A stretch of DNA of 63,175 nt, counting the filler, from Nemertoderma westbladi (taxonomy: Eukaryota > Animalia > Xenacoelomorpha): the NCBI GenBank assembly GCA_032718475.1. It is 4 parts of 4 records of this genome, joined end to end, with 100 filler letters (N's around TTAATTAATTAA, not from the genome) between each part and the next. Parts side by side here need not be neighbours in the genome. Positions count along the whole stretch, not along the records: positions 17,925 to 48,641 come from JAUCBJ010006409.1; 3 more parts are not named here. One strand, written 5' to 3'. This document shows, one piece after another, positions 22,839-36,015 of the stretch (position 1 is its first letter; every line of letters starts with the position of its first letter). The position numbers and the translations under genes are program-made. The notes below the pieces were generated by a model, which saw only the letters and a program-made list of their open reading frames with translations, was not told the origin of the DNA and did not search any database.

Positions 22839-24797
22839 GCGGGATGTCCAATTCTCCGTATACAGTTAAAACATTTAAACGATATTACATTATTTCATAT
22901 TACATATTACATATTAAACGATATTCTGGGTTTGGCTAGCCCATATGATAATAGTATATAGTATAATATTGTAGGGCCTATGTTAAAAAAAACACTGTTC
23001 GTTAGAAATGTATCTTCTCCTACAATTCTAAACGAAATAAAGCGAAATTTTGCAGAAAGCATGTCCAATAGGTGCTCCCTATGGGGTTTTGATTGAGAAT
23101 TTTGATTGAGTGAATTCTACGGTTATGATCGGTCATTCTAGAATTAATTTCACTGTTGCTAGGCAACCAACAGGTCCCTCGCAACCAAAACCTTGCATAC
23201 ACAACTATGTCCGAAATTGAACCTATCATCAAAGTTTCATCCAATTCCAACAACATTAAATGCGAGAAGTTGTGTGTACAAACAAACACACAAACAGACA
23301 CGTAATAAGCGTAGCTTCCGCATTGAATTATGTAATAACCCAATTGGTCAGTGAGATCTCATACTTTTAATGTATCGAATTCGAAAATATATATCAATAC
23401 TTTTGAAAATATGAGGAATCAAAAATTAAAATTATTATATTTGTTAGGGGTTTTTATGTTAAATGTAGAGCATTATTGTTATTATTATTGCATTATTATT
23501 AATTTTTACAAAATGTCTGCAAATATCCGTAATTTCCGGATAATGGTGGACTTCATTTTCCAAATTATCATTTTACCCATTTCTCTTTGAATAGACCATA
23601 GTCCGGCAGCAAAATGCATCGATTTTGGTGAACCGTGATTTTTTATACCCATAAAATGTTGCATCGGTTTAGTACTCATTAGACCATACTAAACAATATT
23701 TAGGAGGGTGTCGCCTCTACAACCTTGAGCATTTCTCATAAATCGTGTTACCATGGCTACCGATGTGCAGCTGACATGTTTTAAACACACAATGGTTACA
23801 GGATTTACCCCAAACTTGACTAAACCAATGATTGCGAAATCGATGAGCTCATTCTCAAATCACTGTAACCCTGGCAACCGTTGCTAGGGGCAGTAATCTT
23901 TGGTTCACGCCTTAGCGAACACCAACTCATGCATGATACGATCTCAGTATCAACATATTCCCTCGGTATATCGCGTATTGAACTTGAATTCGGGTCACAG
24001 TTAATATGGCAACCGTTGCTAAGGGAACTACTGTATTCTATCATAGCAACCAGCGACCTAAGCATTCTATGACTATGATAGTACTGTTTCAACATACTCC
24101 CGCTGTATTGTACACCTACACAGTGTGTTCATTGAACTTGTTTCCAGTCGCAGTTACCATCACAACCGTTGCTAGATAGATAATATATAGATATTCATTG
24201 ACAGCACATTTGATTTAGGTAATGTTACAGTAGCACCGCAAGCATATATTATTATTTTGTGTCTAATTGTGTTTGCTTTTATTAAGTGCAATAATATTGT
24301 GATATTGTTTCATTTATGAATGAAACAATGAAAATTGTATTACACCCTAACAATATGCATATAATACCACCATATTATCATTTTATAAAGTACTATACTA
24401 CTAATATATTGAACTTGAAGAAACATTTAATATGAATTGATAATTATATTATTTTTTAATTGTCAAGCAAGTTAAGAAAAAAACCTTAGCGGTAGGTATG
24501 CAAGGAAGGGCCAAAGTATGTAAAAAAAATAAAAAGCAACTGGACCTAGACGGTTGCATGCAGTCAGTGATTAGCTGACGGCAGTCAGCTGAACGGTAGG
24601 TTTCGCGTCACCAGTCAGGAAGGAAGGCATTCTCAGGAAGCCAAGCCAAGAAATGAAATTTAGAGTGTGGAGTCCCAAAGGGAGAAGGAACGGGTAATGA
24701 AAAAGAGATACCAGTAACTATCCACTGGGAAGCAGCACCACAAACTTGCGCTAATCACGTTTCTACTTCTTGATCTTGATCTTGTTGCTTGTTTCGC

Positions 24798-25592
24798 TGT
24801 TCTACGCATGTCCTTAGATCATCATAATGAAGATGGGGTGATGATAACTCCACCTACTGGCTCCGAAGTCGAGGCCAAGTACCTAACTGATCTAGACTTT
24901 GCTGATGACTCAGAATCTGTACTCTCAGAATCACTAGAAGGAGCCCAACTCTTTGAAAGTCCTCAGCAAGTCTCTGACCGGATGAGCATAAGCTCAAAGG
25001 GTGATATGCTTGAGCATGTGGAGGACTTCTGTTACCTGGGATCATGGACCCGGAACTCAGGTGAGAACCATCGAATACGTAAGGGAAAGGCATGGGCAGC
25101 CTTGAATAGGCTTTCCTGGATTTGGAGGTCACCGAGAATTAATCGGAAACTTAAGGTCCGATTATTTAGAGCATCAGTAGTTCCAGTACTCCTCTATGGG
25201 AGTCCATGCTGGGCTCTAACTGCTGAGGACACCAAATCTCTGGATGGCACATTCACAAGAATGCTACGCCGGGTTCATTGTGCCAAGTACAATGCACACA
25301 TCTCCAACCAGACACTATATAACGTTGGAGGTGTCTCATTGGTTCGCCCAAGCTTGACATTAGAACAAAATCGCCTCCGCTTTGCAGGACATTGCTTTCG
25401 CCGAGAAGACCAGCCAGTGCATAATCTTGCGGCCTCATGGAGTGAATAACCATGGTGGACAGCCCATGACATTCTTGAGACGCATCTTAAAGGACACTAC
25501 TGGTCTTGAAGATGCGGATGATCTAGCAAATGTCATGGGTGTTAGGGAGTCCTGGCGGCGCATAATGCAGCATGCCAATCCTAGTAGTACTG
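24798..25592 (+). mobile_element. RTE family 1 3' half, degenerate, with 3' end
   Basis: Matches 15900-16790 (DLDFADD, FCYLGSW, RLRFAGH) with internal deletions; ends atgcagcatgccaatcctagtagta. Confidence 0.93.
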
Positions 25593-25784
25593 CTTGTTGA
25601 TAATGTGGGCCGGGCCGGTCAGTGCGAATATAATACATTTCAAGCTTTCGCAGAACAGGCAACAATGGGTGCAACAGACAACAGTTTTCCCTTGTTCACT
25701 ACCATCTTTAGCAGTCCCATCCTGGTGCTGTCTAACGCGTCAAAAAGGTATTGGATAGTGTGTCCAACATATCCCCTTAACAAG

Positions 25785-26051
25785 GTGACAGGGGGGGGGG
25801 GGTGAACTGGACGCAAAACCCGCCTTGGCGAATTAATATCCCGCCTCAATGTTAAATTCTCAATTTAGGGAAAGGAACAGGTTACAGAAGAACGGTATTT
25901 TAACCAAAATAATAAACTAAACACAATTGAACAGGTTACAGTTTTATTTTTGAGAGTAATTATCTGTTATTTCCGTCGAATTTCCCCAGGAGAGGGATTA
26001 ATTTTTATTGCGTCCAGTCCCCCCCCCCCCCCCCCCCCCCCCCCCTATCTG
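25785..26051 (+). mobile_element. MITE with poly-G/poly-C subterminal tracts
   Basis: (G)n..actggacgca ... tgcgtccagt(C)n; 8-bp TSD ttaacaag (25777-25784, 26052-26059); inverted copy at 46923-47230. Confidence 0.88.
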
Positions 26052-26920
26052 TTAACAAGGGGGACAAGATAATAAATACACGATGTTACATGCAAGAATA
26101 TTTGGGTGTTTCAGAGATGGGAGCGACTGGCGCAGTTTGGATCTTGTGAAAACAAACTGGCCGTGTGCACTACGTTTACGTTGGTATGAGACCAAGCCAC
26201 CTTCGCACAAACCGATCGGTTGCCCGACCTCCGTACTCAAACTTACAGAATATAATGGGCCTATACCAGATATACTACATTTATTTAGATTATTAATATA
26301 ATTACTATTGCAATAGTGGATCGTAACTACAACATACGAAACTTATAACACAATAACAACGGTGAGGCCCTGGGATAAACATCACTGATAATATTTTATT
26401 TCTAATCTATCAAATAAGCATACATACCCTATCATTCATAAAAACCCACTAAAATTGTGCTACCCAATGAACCTTATTGATTGGGACCGCCCCAATATAT
26501 CAACGATTGAAATGATAAAAATGGATAGTATAGGACCTTATACGTTAATTTACGAGTCGCTGTTAATGGGAAGCCTGATAGATTTCAGGAATATGGGCTG
26601 CGATCGATAGAGCCTGCGATGAGTACCGGTACCTGCACTGCTGGCGGTGGTAACCGCAGAATCAATAACGTTTTAGGCGTCATGTTGTCTTTCCATTATG
26701 TAAGGTAAGAAGATGCTTGCTTAGAATTTATATTTCTTTGTAATTATTTACATGATTTTTATCCTACTGTCGCAAAAAATACCAGGATTAAACAAATTCA
26801 ATAATTATGAAGATGGTCTCAATACTGTACGTTCTATTCGCACATTTATTTCCAAACGTGCAGCCACGTTGCTAAAATTACTATCAATATGGAACTCATA
26901 ATCATACAGTAATTAACAGC

Positions 26921-27650
26921 ACTATTACTATTACTATTATACTACTACTACTACTAGGTCGAGCGAGCTCGGACAGTGGAAATGAGATCCTTCCAGGCTT
27001 CCCGATTCTCCATAGTTGTCGCAATTTCGTTTCTCCTAAGTTCAGTATCCCTTTCAAGTTGATCTATATATGTTATGGCCGGTCGTCCACGACTACGCTT
27101 TCCATGAGTTGGTTGCCAGAAAAGTAGATCTGATATGACCTCGTCTTTACTTCGCCAGCAGTGCCCACTGAATCTTAATCTGCGTTCACGGAGGGTGGTT
27201 GATACAGGTGGTATTGTACCATAAAGTTCGGCGTTTGTCATGTGTTGTCTCCAGCTGATGTTTAGGGCTGCCCTTAGTAGTCTTGTGTAGCAACCATCAA
27301 TTCGTTGTTCAAGTGATTTAGTCAGTGTCCAGGTCTCACCCCCGTATAAAAATACACTTTCCACTGTGGCTCGAAAGAACTTAGTCTTCAGGTGCCTGGA
27401 GAGATCTGATTTCCAGATGGTATCCATTTTTGATAGAGCACCCAAGCCTTTGCTTTCCTAACTTCTATGTCCTTTTTGCTACTCTCTATCCATGATCCAA
27501 GGTACTGGAAGTCATCGACCTTCCTTAGTTGATTATTATCAATGGCTGTCAAGTTTCCATCAATATTAAAAGTCATGAATTCGGTCTTTGTAGCATTTAT
27601 ATGCAATCCAACCTCCTTAGCAGCCCTCTCCACTTTATTTAGTAGAAGCA
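26921..27650 (-). mobile_element. RTE LINE family 2, 5'-truncated 3' end with (TAG)n/(TAATAG)n tail
   Basis: GLHINATKTEFM, FQYLGSW, RLRFSGHCWR, RSRGRPAITYIDQL; near-identical to 52166-52890; one frameshift. Confidence 0.95.
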
Positions 27651-27821
27651 CACATTAAGATGTTAACATTACAAATGAGTCATTCTATGTCTCACTTGTA
27701 AAACAAAGCATCACCCTAAATAAACAACGTGTTAGATTTATTATTTCGCGAGTTGTTAATTGGTATGGCTAACTAACAGTCCATCGTGGTGGTGAAATAA
27801 CTAAATGGAAGACAGATATGG

Positions 27822-28666
27822 GGATAGTTCTTTTTACAGAACACAACCGATCACACAAGAACACACCCGAACACACTCCAAAAACTGCCGAACACAATCG
27901 AACACAGTCGAAAATAGAAAGAGCACAAAAAAATAACACCAGGCAGGTACCAACTTTGAGATTAAATTAGCCACGCGTTGCTTTTCTATTAAGTAAATTC
28001 CCTAAAATTATTGAATAAACTTGTCGCGAAATTAAATATTAATGTCTTACCAGGTCAGGCCTGATGGTATCATTTGTTGTGTACTGCTGTACTGTATAAC
28101 AAACAATGTAGGGAAGACTACCGGGTACCGAACCTGTCACATATATAGTAATAGCGGGTTAGCTAACAGGCATGTTTGCCAGTGCACTGGAATAGCTTGG
28201 TCTGGGACTGATTGCTGAGGATATGAATTTGGAAGTTAGGCCCGTTACCGTACGTACTGTACATAAAGTACGGAACAACACGTCGGTACCACATAGGTAC
28301 CGGTACCTACTGTACCTGCTTACTGCTGCACTGGAATATAATGAGCTGGGTCCCGGTTAGGTACCTACCCTGGCAGGTACCGGTAGGGATCTGTGTCCCG
28401 GTGCTAACCACACTTAACTTAGGCCTACTAATATGTTAAATTATTAGTTGTCGGCTTAGGCTAGGCCTGATCTGATAAGAAATGAATATTTAATTTCGCG
28501 ACAATTTTATTCAATAATTTCGTTAATTTTCTTATTGAAAAGCAACGCGTGGCTAATTTTTATCTAAAAGTTGGTACCCGGTGTTATTTTTTTGTGCTCT
28601 ATCTATTTTCGACTGTGTTCGGGTGTGTTCTACTGTGTTCGCTTGTGTTCTGTAAAAGATCTATCC
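27822..28666. mobile_element. Mutator/MULE-like MITE with ~200-240-bp imperfect TIRs
   Basis: ggatag...ctatcc termini; arms 27822-28063 and 28463-28666 are inverted; 9-bp TSD cagatatgg (27813-27821, 28667-28675); gaacaca subrepeats. Confidence 0.9.
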
Positions 28667-30365
28667 CAGATATGGGACCTAAAAGGGCGCAGCAATCAAT
28701 ATATTCTTGTATATTGAATCTATACTGTTTTGCCGCCAGGTAAAAGTACATACCGGTAAATATAACTTCTAACTTTACTAGTAAACCCTAAATTAATTAA
28801 TCTCCATTATTATTATTAAGACTTGTTTATTTTAACAGATGTTGCAGGAATGTCCACGGTTGATCCCCACATTCATTTTATCGGCCGGCTGCCAAAGAAA
28901 TTAATGTGCAGGCTGATACGGACCGGTAACACCTCTGTATGTTTGATTTTGTAAAATCAATATCCAATGTTGGTTTGTGTTGTTAAATGATTCTCTAATT
29001 ACGTAATAAATATTCCAGAAAACTAAAATGTATTTAACATTAATTAAGGCAGCATCAGGAGTTGAAGAGAGTACAATAATTTAAATCGCAGTAACTAATG
29101 AAGCAATACAGTAAATTACTACAGTTCAATTTATTTTGAAACACTTTGTCGCTCTATCTTTTATTTTATAGAATTGAGCAATTAACAAGTACCAATTTAA
29201 GAATACAAGGAAAAACAAGAACTTTTTCACTATTCTCGAGGCTATTTACCGAGCGCCAGCCAGGCATCCATAATGATGGATTCCAACGCCAGCCATAATT
29301 TTTGCATAAATAATAATAATTTTTTTTTAAATTAAAAAATATGTTAAACAGCCATAAAGAAAGGGAATGGAAGTCACCGTGTAACTCCTGAACTAATATT
29401 GAGAAATCTCAAGAACGGTGACCACAGGTTCAGCTTGGTGGTTCAAGATTGTTTCGAACCGACGAAATATAATCTGATCGATTTATTCACGCAGTTAATA
29501 ATTAAAGACGGTAATATTTCCACGAACATGAACGAAACCCTTATAGATAGTGAAAATGATGAATTGGTGAATGAGTGAAAATGAGATAATGAAAAAATTT
29601 ATCTCCAGGTCAACTGATCGCAAATGAAAATCAGTTTCGTTTATGTTAGGTTAGTTAGACACAATGCAGTTTGGTTAGAAAATGCCTCCAGTGTATACCG
29701 TTGTTCCTTTCACTTAATTTTTTAAATTACTATTTTTAACCAACTAAATACATAGATGGGGTTTGTGCTCAATTTGCGCTATTAACTCCATAGATATATG
29801 GAGTTGTCAATCCATATGAAGTCGCAAGTCAGTAGAAAGAAGGCCAACGTAGTATTACGATGGCCTTAATAGAAGACGAAGCTGTTTACGGTTGCTGTTT
29901 GGTTATCGATAATAACACTCTTGCTGGTAACACCACAAGCCCAGTATCTCATCAAAACCACCATGTCGACACAGAGACAATGTTTGCTGCACCGGACTCT
30001 TGGCGCATCCGCCACATTATTTCCACCACACCAAAACCATGTCACCACTGCCGCTAGCATGGTATTATTCTACAAAATAAGGATACAGATTTTACCCAAA
30101 CCATCTATACTAACAAGATAATTATTCGAATATTTCTATAATATGAATAATTAATATACATATGCAATATGCATATGAATTATATATTAAGTATGTGACA
30201 TTCATTATCTTACTTTAAATAGTGCAGTGGTGAATGAATGTCAAACAGAAATTGACGTATTTTTAATATATTAATATTAACTTATAAAAAAAAGTTATAA
30301 ATTAGTTTAAAAAATTATAAGTAAGTACAGTACGTAGTACATTTTAAATCTCAGCTAGAAGTTGA

Positions 30366-30611
30366 ATGGTAACTGAGTTGCTATGGTAACTGAGTTGCTA
30401 TGGTAACTGAGTTGCTATGGTAACTGAGTTACTATGGTAACTGAGTTGCTATGGTAACTGAGTTACTATGGTAACTGAGTTGCTATGGTAACTGAGTTAC
30501 TATGGTAACTGAGTTGCTATGGTAACTGAGTTACTATGGTAACTGAGTTGCTATGGTAACTGAGTTACTATGGTAACTGAGTTGCTATGGTAACTGAGTT
30601 TCTATGGTAGC
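30366..30611. repeat. 17-bp minisatellite (14 copies), each unit carrying an RFX X-box-like palindrome
   Basis: gtt(g/a)ctatggtaactga units at 30377+17n; G and A variants alternate from copy 3. Confidence 0.96.
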
Positions 30612-31311
30612 CGGTATCAAAAAATATCTTATCAAAGGGTATACAATTTCACCACATAGGCTCAACACCAAATCGTCCCTCATCCGGGCTGCTAGTACAA
30701 CTTGGTAACATTCCAATTTCTGACGGGTTAGTGGATGACCACTACACTTTATACCGACGTCGAAGTGGAGAAGTTGTAGGTTTGATAATACCAGTAGGCC
30801 TAAATTACGAAAATTTGGTGATGAATGGTGATACGCATATTAGGTATATACATCATAATATACGAACCGAACATGGTCCTTGGACTTCCATCAATTTTAG
30901 GAATGAGTCAGGTGTTGTATTATTCAAAGTAAATGTAAATGTCCGCTAATGACTTCCATCAATGTATTTATAAGAATAAAGTCAAAGATATTCAGAATCA
31001 GTGGATATCCGTTTTTCATTGGCAATAACTCAAAAAATCCACGTAAAAAACTAAACCGGCGATCGGCGAATGCCACAGATCACTACATGATCTAGGTTGT
31101 GATGTAGGCATGGCATGGTAACAAAATCTTGAGGAGATGCTTTGCGTTCATCTATCAATGTTACATGTTCAGCACGTGTGGTATTATTATTATATTTTTA
31201 ACTTTAATAAATTAAACACTTTCAAAATAAATGCACCAAACATTATCCAACCACCAGCTGACGTAGCCTAGGTGACAAACATAAAATTGTGAATATAACA
31301 ATAAACATTAA

Positions 31312-32519
31312 GGGGGGGGGGGGGGGGGGGGGTATAGTAATTTTACAACGATTTGGTGGGTTTTTGTATTTAGCGTGTAACTTTTGAAGATATGAATGGT
31401 TTTTCTTGAATATAGTCCCATTTCAAAGCTAAAAGATGGGTCATTAACTTAACAAAAAAAAATCCACAATAATTAACGTAATTAGCTTAATTATGCATAA
31501 ATTAACATAATTAATGAGGACAAATTACGAAACAGTAGAAACACGATTTCTCATTTAGTTCTCAATGGATTTTTAAAATTCTTTTTTTGTTTTAATGATA
31601 ATTATACCCGCATCAAAGTGAACGAGCAGAATTTTTCTAGAACTTTTCTATTATATCAAATTTTGTGACGCTTCGATGAAAAATTCCGAAATTTTGGGAA
31701 AAGGTCACCATAACTTTTTTTCTAATTTTTTTTGTCAAAATTCTGTTCGTTCATTATATTGCACAGTTTCTGAGCATTCCAAAACAAAAAACAGATTGAA
31801 AATCGGTTCACAAATGGCGGAGAAAACGTGTTTCCCATTTTTTAATATGTTCAAAAAATAGTTTTGAGTGAAATCGCTTTAAAAGTTCGGTTATAATAAT
31901 TCAAACCTTCCCGCCATTTTTAGTAATATGGATTTTTTTCCCATTTCATTTGTATAGTATTTTTCGAATCAATCTTTGGTGCCAATTTTGTACCTAATAA
32001 AAGTAACAAACAAAAACAAATTGGCAACATAACAAAATTGATTTTAACAGTATTTAGCAGGATGAAAGAAAGCCTTCGCGCAGCACGAAGAACGGAAATT
32101 TTAGCTGGGTTGCGTGCTTGAATACATTTCGACAGACTGACCGACTGACAGACAGACAAATGTACAGACAGACATATAGCAGTCTAGATTCTGCAGAATA
32201 TTAGAACTGACTCGGGAAATTAAGTTACCGAATTAAAACACGGTAACAAAAGTTATAGTTATAGTAGCTATAGTTATAGTAGTATATGGAGTGCTTTCTT
32301 AGACTACGTCAGGCAAACCGACAGGTGCTTTATAATAATTTTGATCAGACAGACCGACATACGGTTAGAAAATCCACCACAACTCGAGAAATTAAATAGA
32401 TCTCGCCAAGACGTTTTCAGATTTAAAATCCTCATAAAATTCTGCTCTTGATGAAATTATAAAAAAAAAAATCAAATTTTTTGACCAAAATTACTATACC
32501 CCCCCCCCCCCCCCCCCCC
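31312..32519. mobile_element. Non-autonomous TIR element with poly-G/poly-C ends, probably with a nested insert
   Basis: ttaa|(G)n tatagtaatttt ... aaaattactata (C)n; internal gacagacagac tract near 32130-32175. Confidence 0.7.
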
Positions 32520-33009
32520 GTTTTTACAAAAACTACAGAACTAGGCCTAGCATACCAGAACAGCACTGATGGAATTGCAGACTGGCAGAGTTACGTAATC
32601 GCCTACTGGTACTGCGATGTGTCGGTATCCGAGTTGGTATCCGAGATGTTATTAATGGATGTTGAGATGGTAAATTTTACCATAATTCAGTTGTAAATTT
32701 TGGCAACCATCGATTTATCGATCGAAGAGGCATGTCGTAAATTACAGAGAATTCTCTATAAACAATGGCAGAAAGAACAGGAATAAAGTTAGAAAATATT
32801 CACGTTTATCTTTAACAATGATGGACAAATAATCTTTTATGTATTTAATGAATAGGTATTAGTGAAATAACTTCACTGGAAAATATCTGTTGCGACGTTC
32901 AAAATATATATCGAATCATATCTACAATATAACGACCAAGAGATAAGTACTTACACAATGAATTTCTGATCTTAAAAATATACGGCTGTCAGCATTGCTT
33001 CCTCTACAG

Positions 33010-33625
33010 GTTGATAATTCCACAACATCGGGCATTGATCACATAGTCGACCTGTACTTACTAATAATAACATCATATAGTCAGCGAACAACTCTCTGCT
33101 AGCTCTGATGTGAACGCGAGTGCCGAAATTTTCATCACATCTATCCTCAGAGCGACATATAATGTAATATAGTGTACTCCATGGGAAACCGTGGTATGAT
33201 AGAGAATCTCAGGAACTCAATACCAAACTCGTACTTTCCATGCGTCACAGAAATGATACCCTTCAAAACAATGTCTCATTTTGGCAACTTAGGAAACAAT
33301 ACAAACAGGTTTTAAAGAAGAAAATAATTGAATACGAAGAACGATCCCTCAATAACCTAATAAACAGAGCAGAAATCCATCCCTGGGATCTGTTCAATAA
33401 ATCCCATCGAAAGGTCGCCCATATTAATGCAGACCACCTGGAAACATATTTCACCAACCTGTCCGGTTTCGAAAATATTCCTCCAGGCTGTGAACCGGTT
33501 CCACAGACCACGGACACCGAGCGAACTCCCGACGACTGGTATAATAAACCATTCAGTGAGGAAGAAACTCGACGAACAATTGAACGCACACCAAACAACC
33601 ATGCATGCAGCCCCGATAATATATT
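33010..33625 (+). mobile_element. Degenerate non-LTR retrotransposon fragment (endonuclease-RT linker)
   Basis: RKQYKQVLKKK...NKPFSEEETRRTIERTPNNHACSPDNI is typical of the pre-RT region of LINEs. Confidence 0.7.
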
Positions 33626-33626
33626 T

Positions 33627-34480
33627 ATGATCACCATAAACATAGGCGCTTCCTTTCCTGATCGTTTTATATGGTTATCCTGTATGTATTGTTTATTGTA
33701 TATATATATCGTAGATGATTAATGTAGTATTGGCCAACAATATGCAATCATGTATGTATATTCTGCTAGTCCTGTCCAGATACCAAGACCATAAGACCGT
33801 ACTCGGTCATGGCCTATTATATATACTACACTACTTCCTTTCAATAAGGATAAAATAAGAGTATTAGTCTCAAGCGACAATGAATATAGACAAACCAAAC
33901 TACATTTCTAAAAGTCTGGTAAACAGTCTAAGATGTCTGAATATTAAGAGTGTATTATCCTTCTGATTCAATCTTTGTATCCATAATACTGCGGTGGGGC
34001 TCGTCGACGAGTGGGGTACACCCTCTTGGGGGGCATATCTGGAGGATCATCGTTAATGTCATCAAGACTTTCATTCCGTACAGCTATGTCAATATTACCA
34101 TTTCCATGTTGGCTAGCAGCCTCTGCGGTGGAATTTGGCGGTTGTTGTGGACCAGAGCTTGTTGAGTGAGGAGAAATAAGTTGACGTGATGGTCGCTGGA
34201 AATTGTTCTCATGTTGAGTATCAACAGGCTTCAGAGCTCGGCGGTTACGTGTTATAATCCTATTATTAGGTCCATTGATCATTATCTTATCTCCCCGAAT
34301 TTCTTGGACCCTGTGGCCATTGAAGGAATATCCTGGAGCATCATAGTTCTTGACCATCACAGGCTGGTTTACTTCAAGTGGCTCCAAAGTCTTGACCCTG
34401 TGTCGCTGATTGTAGTCTTCCAATATCTTTGCACGACTTTCAATATAATGGTTGGTTGGGACTACTGGTGGAGGATGTCC
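33627..34480 (-). mobile_element. Gypsy-like 3' end: integrase C-terminal tail, PPT and ~200-bp LTR
   Basis: YNQRHRVKTLEPLEVNQPVMV...ITRNRRALKP...PTRRRAPPQYYGY; PPT gaaaggaagtag then TGTAGTATAT starting at 33830; AATAAA inside; distal LTR end approximate. Confidence 0.75.
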
Positions 34481-34483
34481 CAT

Positions 34484-34780
34484 TGAAGATCCTACTTCTT
34501 TGTTTAATGAACGAGTTAGAAATTTTATAGCTCCATTCTTACCACCAGAACAGTTGGGTTTTCTTCCAAATTGGTCAACGAGAGACGCTATTTCACAACT
34601 GATCAAAGACATATCAACTGTTTTCCAGAGTGAAAGCCGAGATGAACGGATGAGATATGCGTTATTTGTGGATTTTAGAAAAGGCTTCGATATTGTACCA
34701 AGGGCGAAGCTGCTATATTAAATATACTCTGCGGGTGTGAAAGGTAGAACTTTCGACCTGATTAAAAATCTTTTAGAGAG
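34484..34780 (+). mobile_element. LINE RT fragment, probable continuation of 33010-33625
   Basis: LPPEQLGF...STRDAI...YALFVDFRKGFDIVPRAKLL, with stop/frameshift. Confidence 0.82.
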
Positions 34781-35170
34781 TCTCAGTCTCTTCAACGCTG
34801 GCCCTCTCATTAACGGGCGAATTGACTTGGGTGGGTGGAGGAGATTATTGCCAATAAATCAGATATGTTCAGCCCAGATGTTGTCACATCATATCGTCTG
34901 TTCCGCCTGGATCGCGAGGAAAACTTCTACTCAGAGGGATACGAGCTCGGACCTTATTTCCAGTCAGATTTATAGAAACGTCCTGGAAAGAAAACGAGCA
35001 CAACCTTCCACGATCAGACCACTGAGTGCGCTGCTGCAGATATTACAATCAGTCCTGCCAGGTCAGACTACAAGTTTTAACCTGCCGTTTATGCCCATGC
35101 TTAGCTGAACTTGCCTCCACCATATAACTACTTATTTACTACATATAACTTTTATATATTATTTTGGTGT

Positions 35171-35289
35171 TCGGACACTTCCCCCCCGTACACTTCCCCC
35201 CGGACAGTTCCCCCCCGCTCAAGTAGGACACTTCCCCCCGGACACTTGCCCCCCAGACACTTCCCCCACGCGGACACTTCCCCCCCGAC
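35171..35289 (+). repeat. Seven ggacacttcccccc-type subrepeats, likely a DNA-transposon terminus
   Basis: About 14-15-bp motif repeated with small spacers; no partner end found. Confidence 0.6.
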
Positions 35290-35812
35290 TGTTCTTAACT
35301 TCGCACATTCGTATTTTTCATTTTGTAAGGTAAACGGACCGCTTGTATCCAGATAAGTTGTATCAAATTTTCCTTTCGTAGCTCAGAAAGTGATCTTTTG
35401 CATCCCGATTTTACATTTTATATCCAAGTTTTATTTATGGGTTTTATCAATGCAATTACATCGTATTGTTTGCTAATCTTTAAACAATTAATTATATTAG
35501 ATGACCTATTATTTTGTCTAATTATTTTTACTTTCTTTTGATTTATGCATTATAATATATATATATATACCGTGCAGTTTATATTTCTTAAATTACCAGT
35601 TGTTATGTTGATTTTATCCGATTTACCCCGATTGGGGCGTATAGAATAGTATAAAATAACAACATCATACGGCAGCAACATTACCAAGAAAGACTGCTGG
35701 GAAAGCCACAGGAACTGGTCTCGGCGTTGGTCAGAAACCCTTAGCTCAAAGCGACCAAGTACAGTTTTTGAAGCACTGGCTAGCTGCTCAAAGGATTTCA
35801 ACCCCATAGTAT

Positions 35813-36015
35813 ATGAATGAACTATTATGCATATTTGCCACTTTGTCCCTGTTAACAGCTCCAGCTGAACGTAGCTCTACTGCCCTGACACTGCTAAAGA
35901 CCTACTTTCTCAATACTCTTGCTACAAAGGAAGTCTCTACAAGGCTTTGCGTTGATGTACATTCACCACCCCCCCCCCCCCCCCCCCCATGTTGAAAATC
36001 CTGGGTATGCCTCTG
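35813..36015 (+). mobile_element. hAT transposase dimerization-domain remnant with probable 3' terminus
   Basis: LLCIFATLSLLTAPAERSSTALTLLKTY resembles the hAT C-terminal ERSFS motif; ends cctgggtatgcctctg. Confidence 0.72.

Noticed and set aside
25600-26660. Decayed coding sequence around the MITE
   Set aside because: Removing the MITE gives only a short frame with no identifiable homology; similar unresolved patches lie at 38400-38640, 39590-40060 and 55950-56700
33968-34612. Single 214-aa gene
   Set aside because: Chimera of antisense LINE sequence and a Gypsy-like integrase tail
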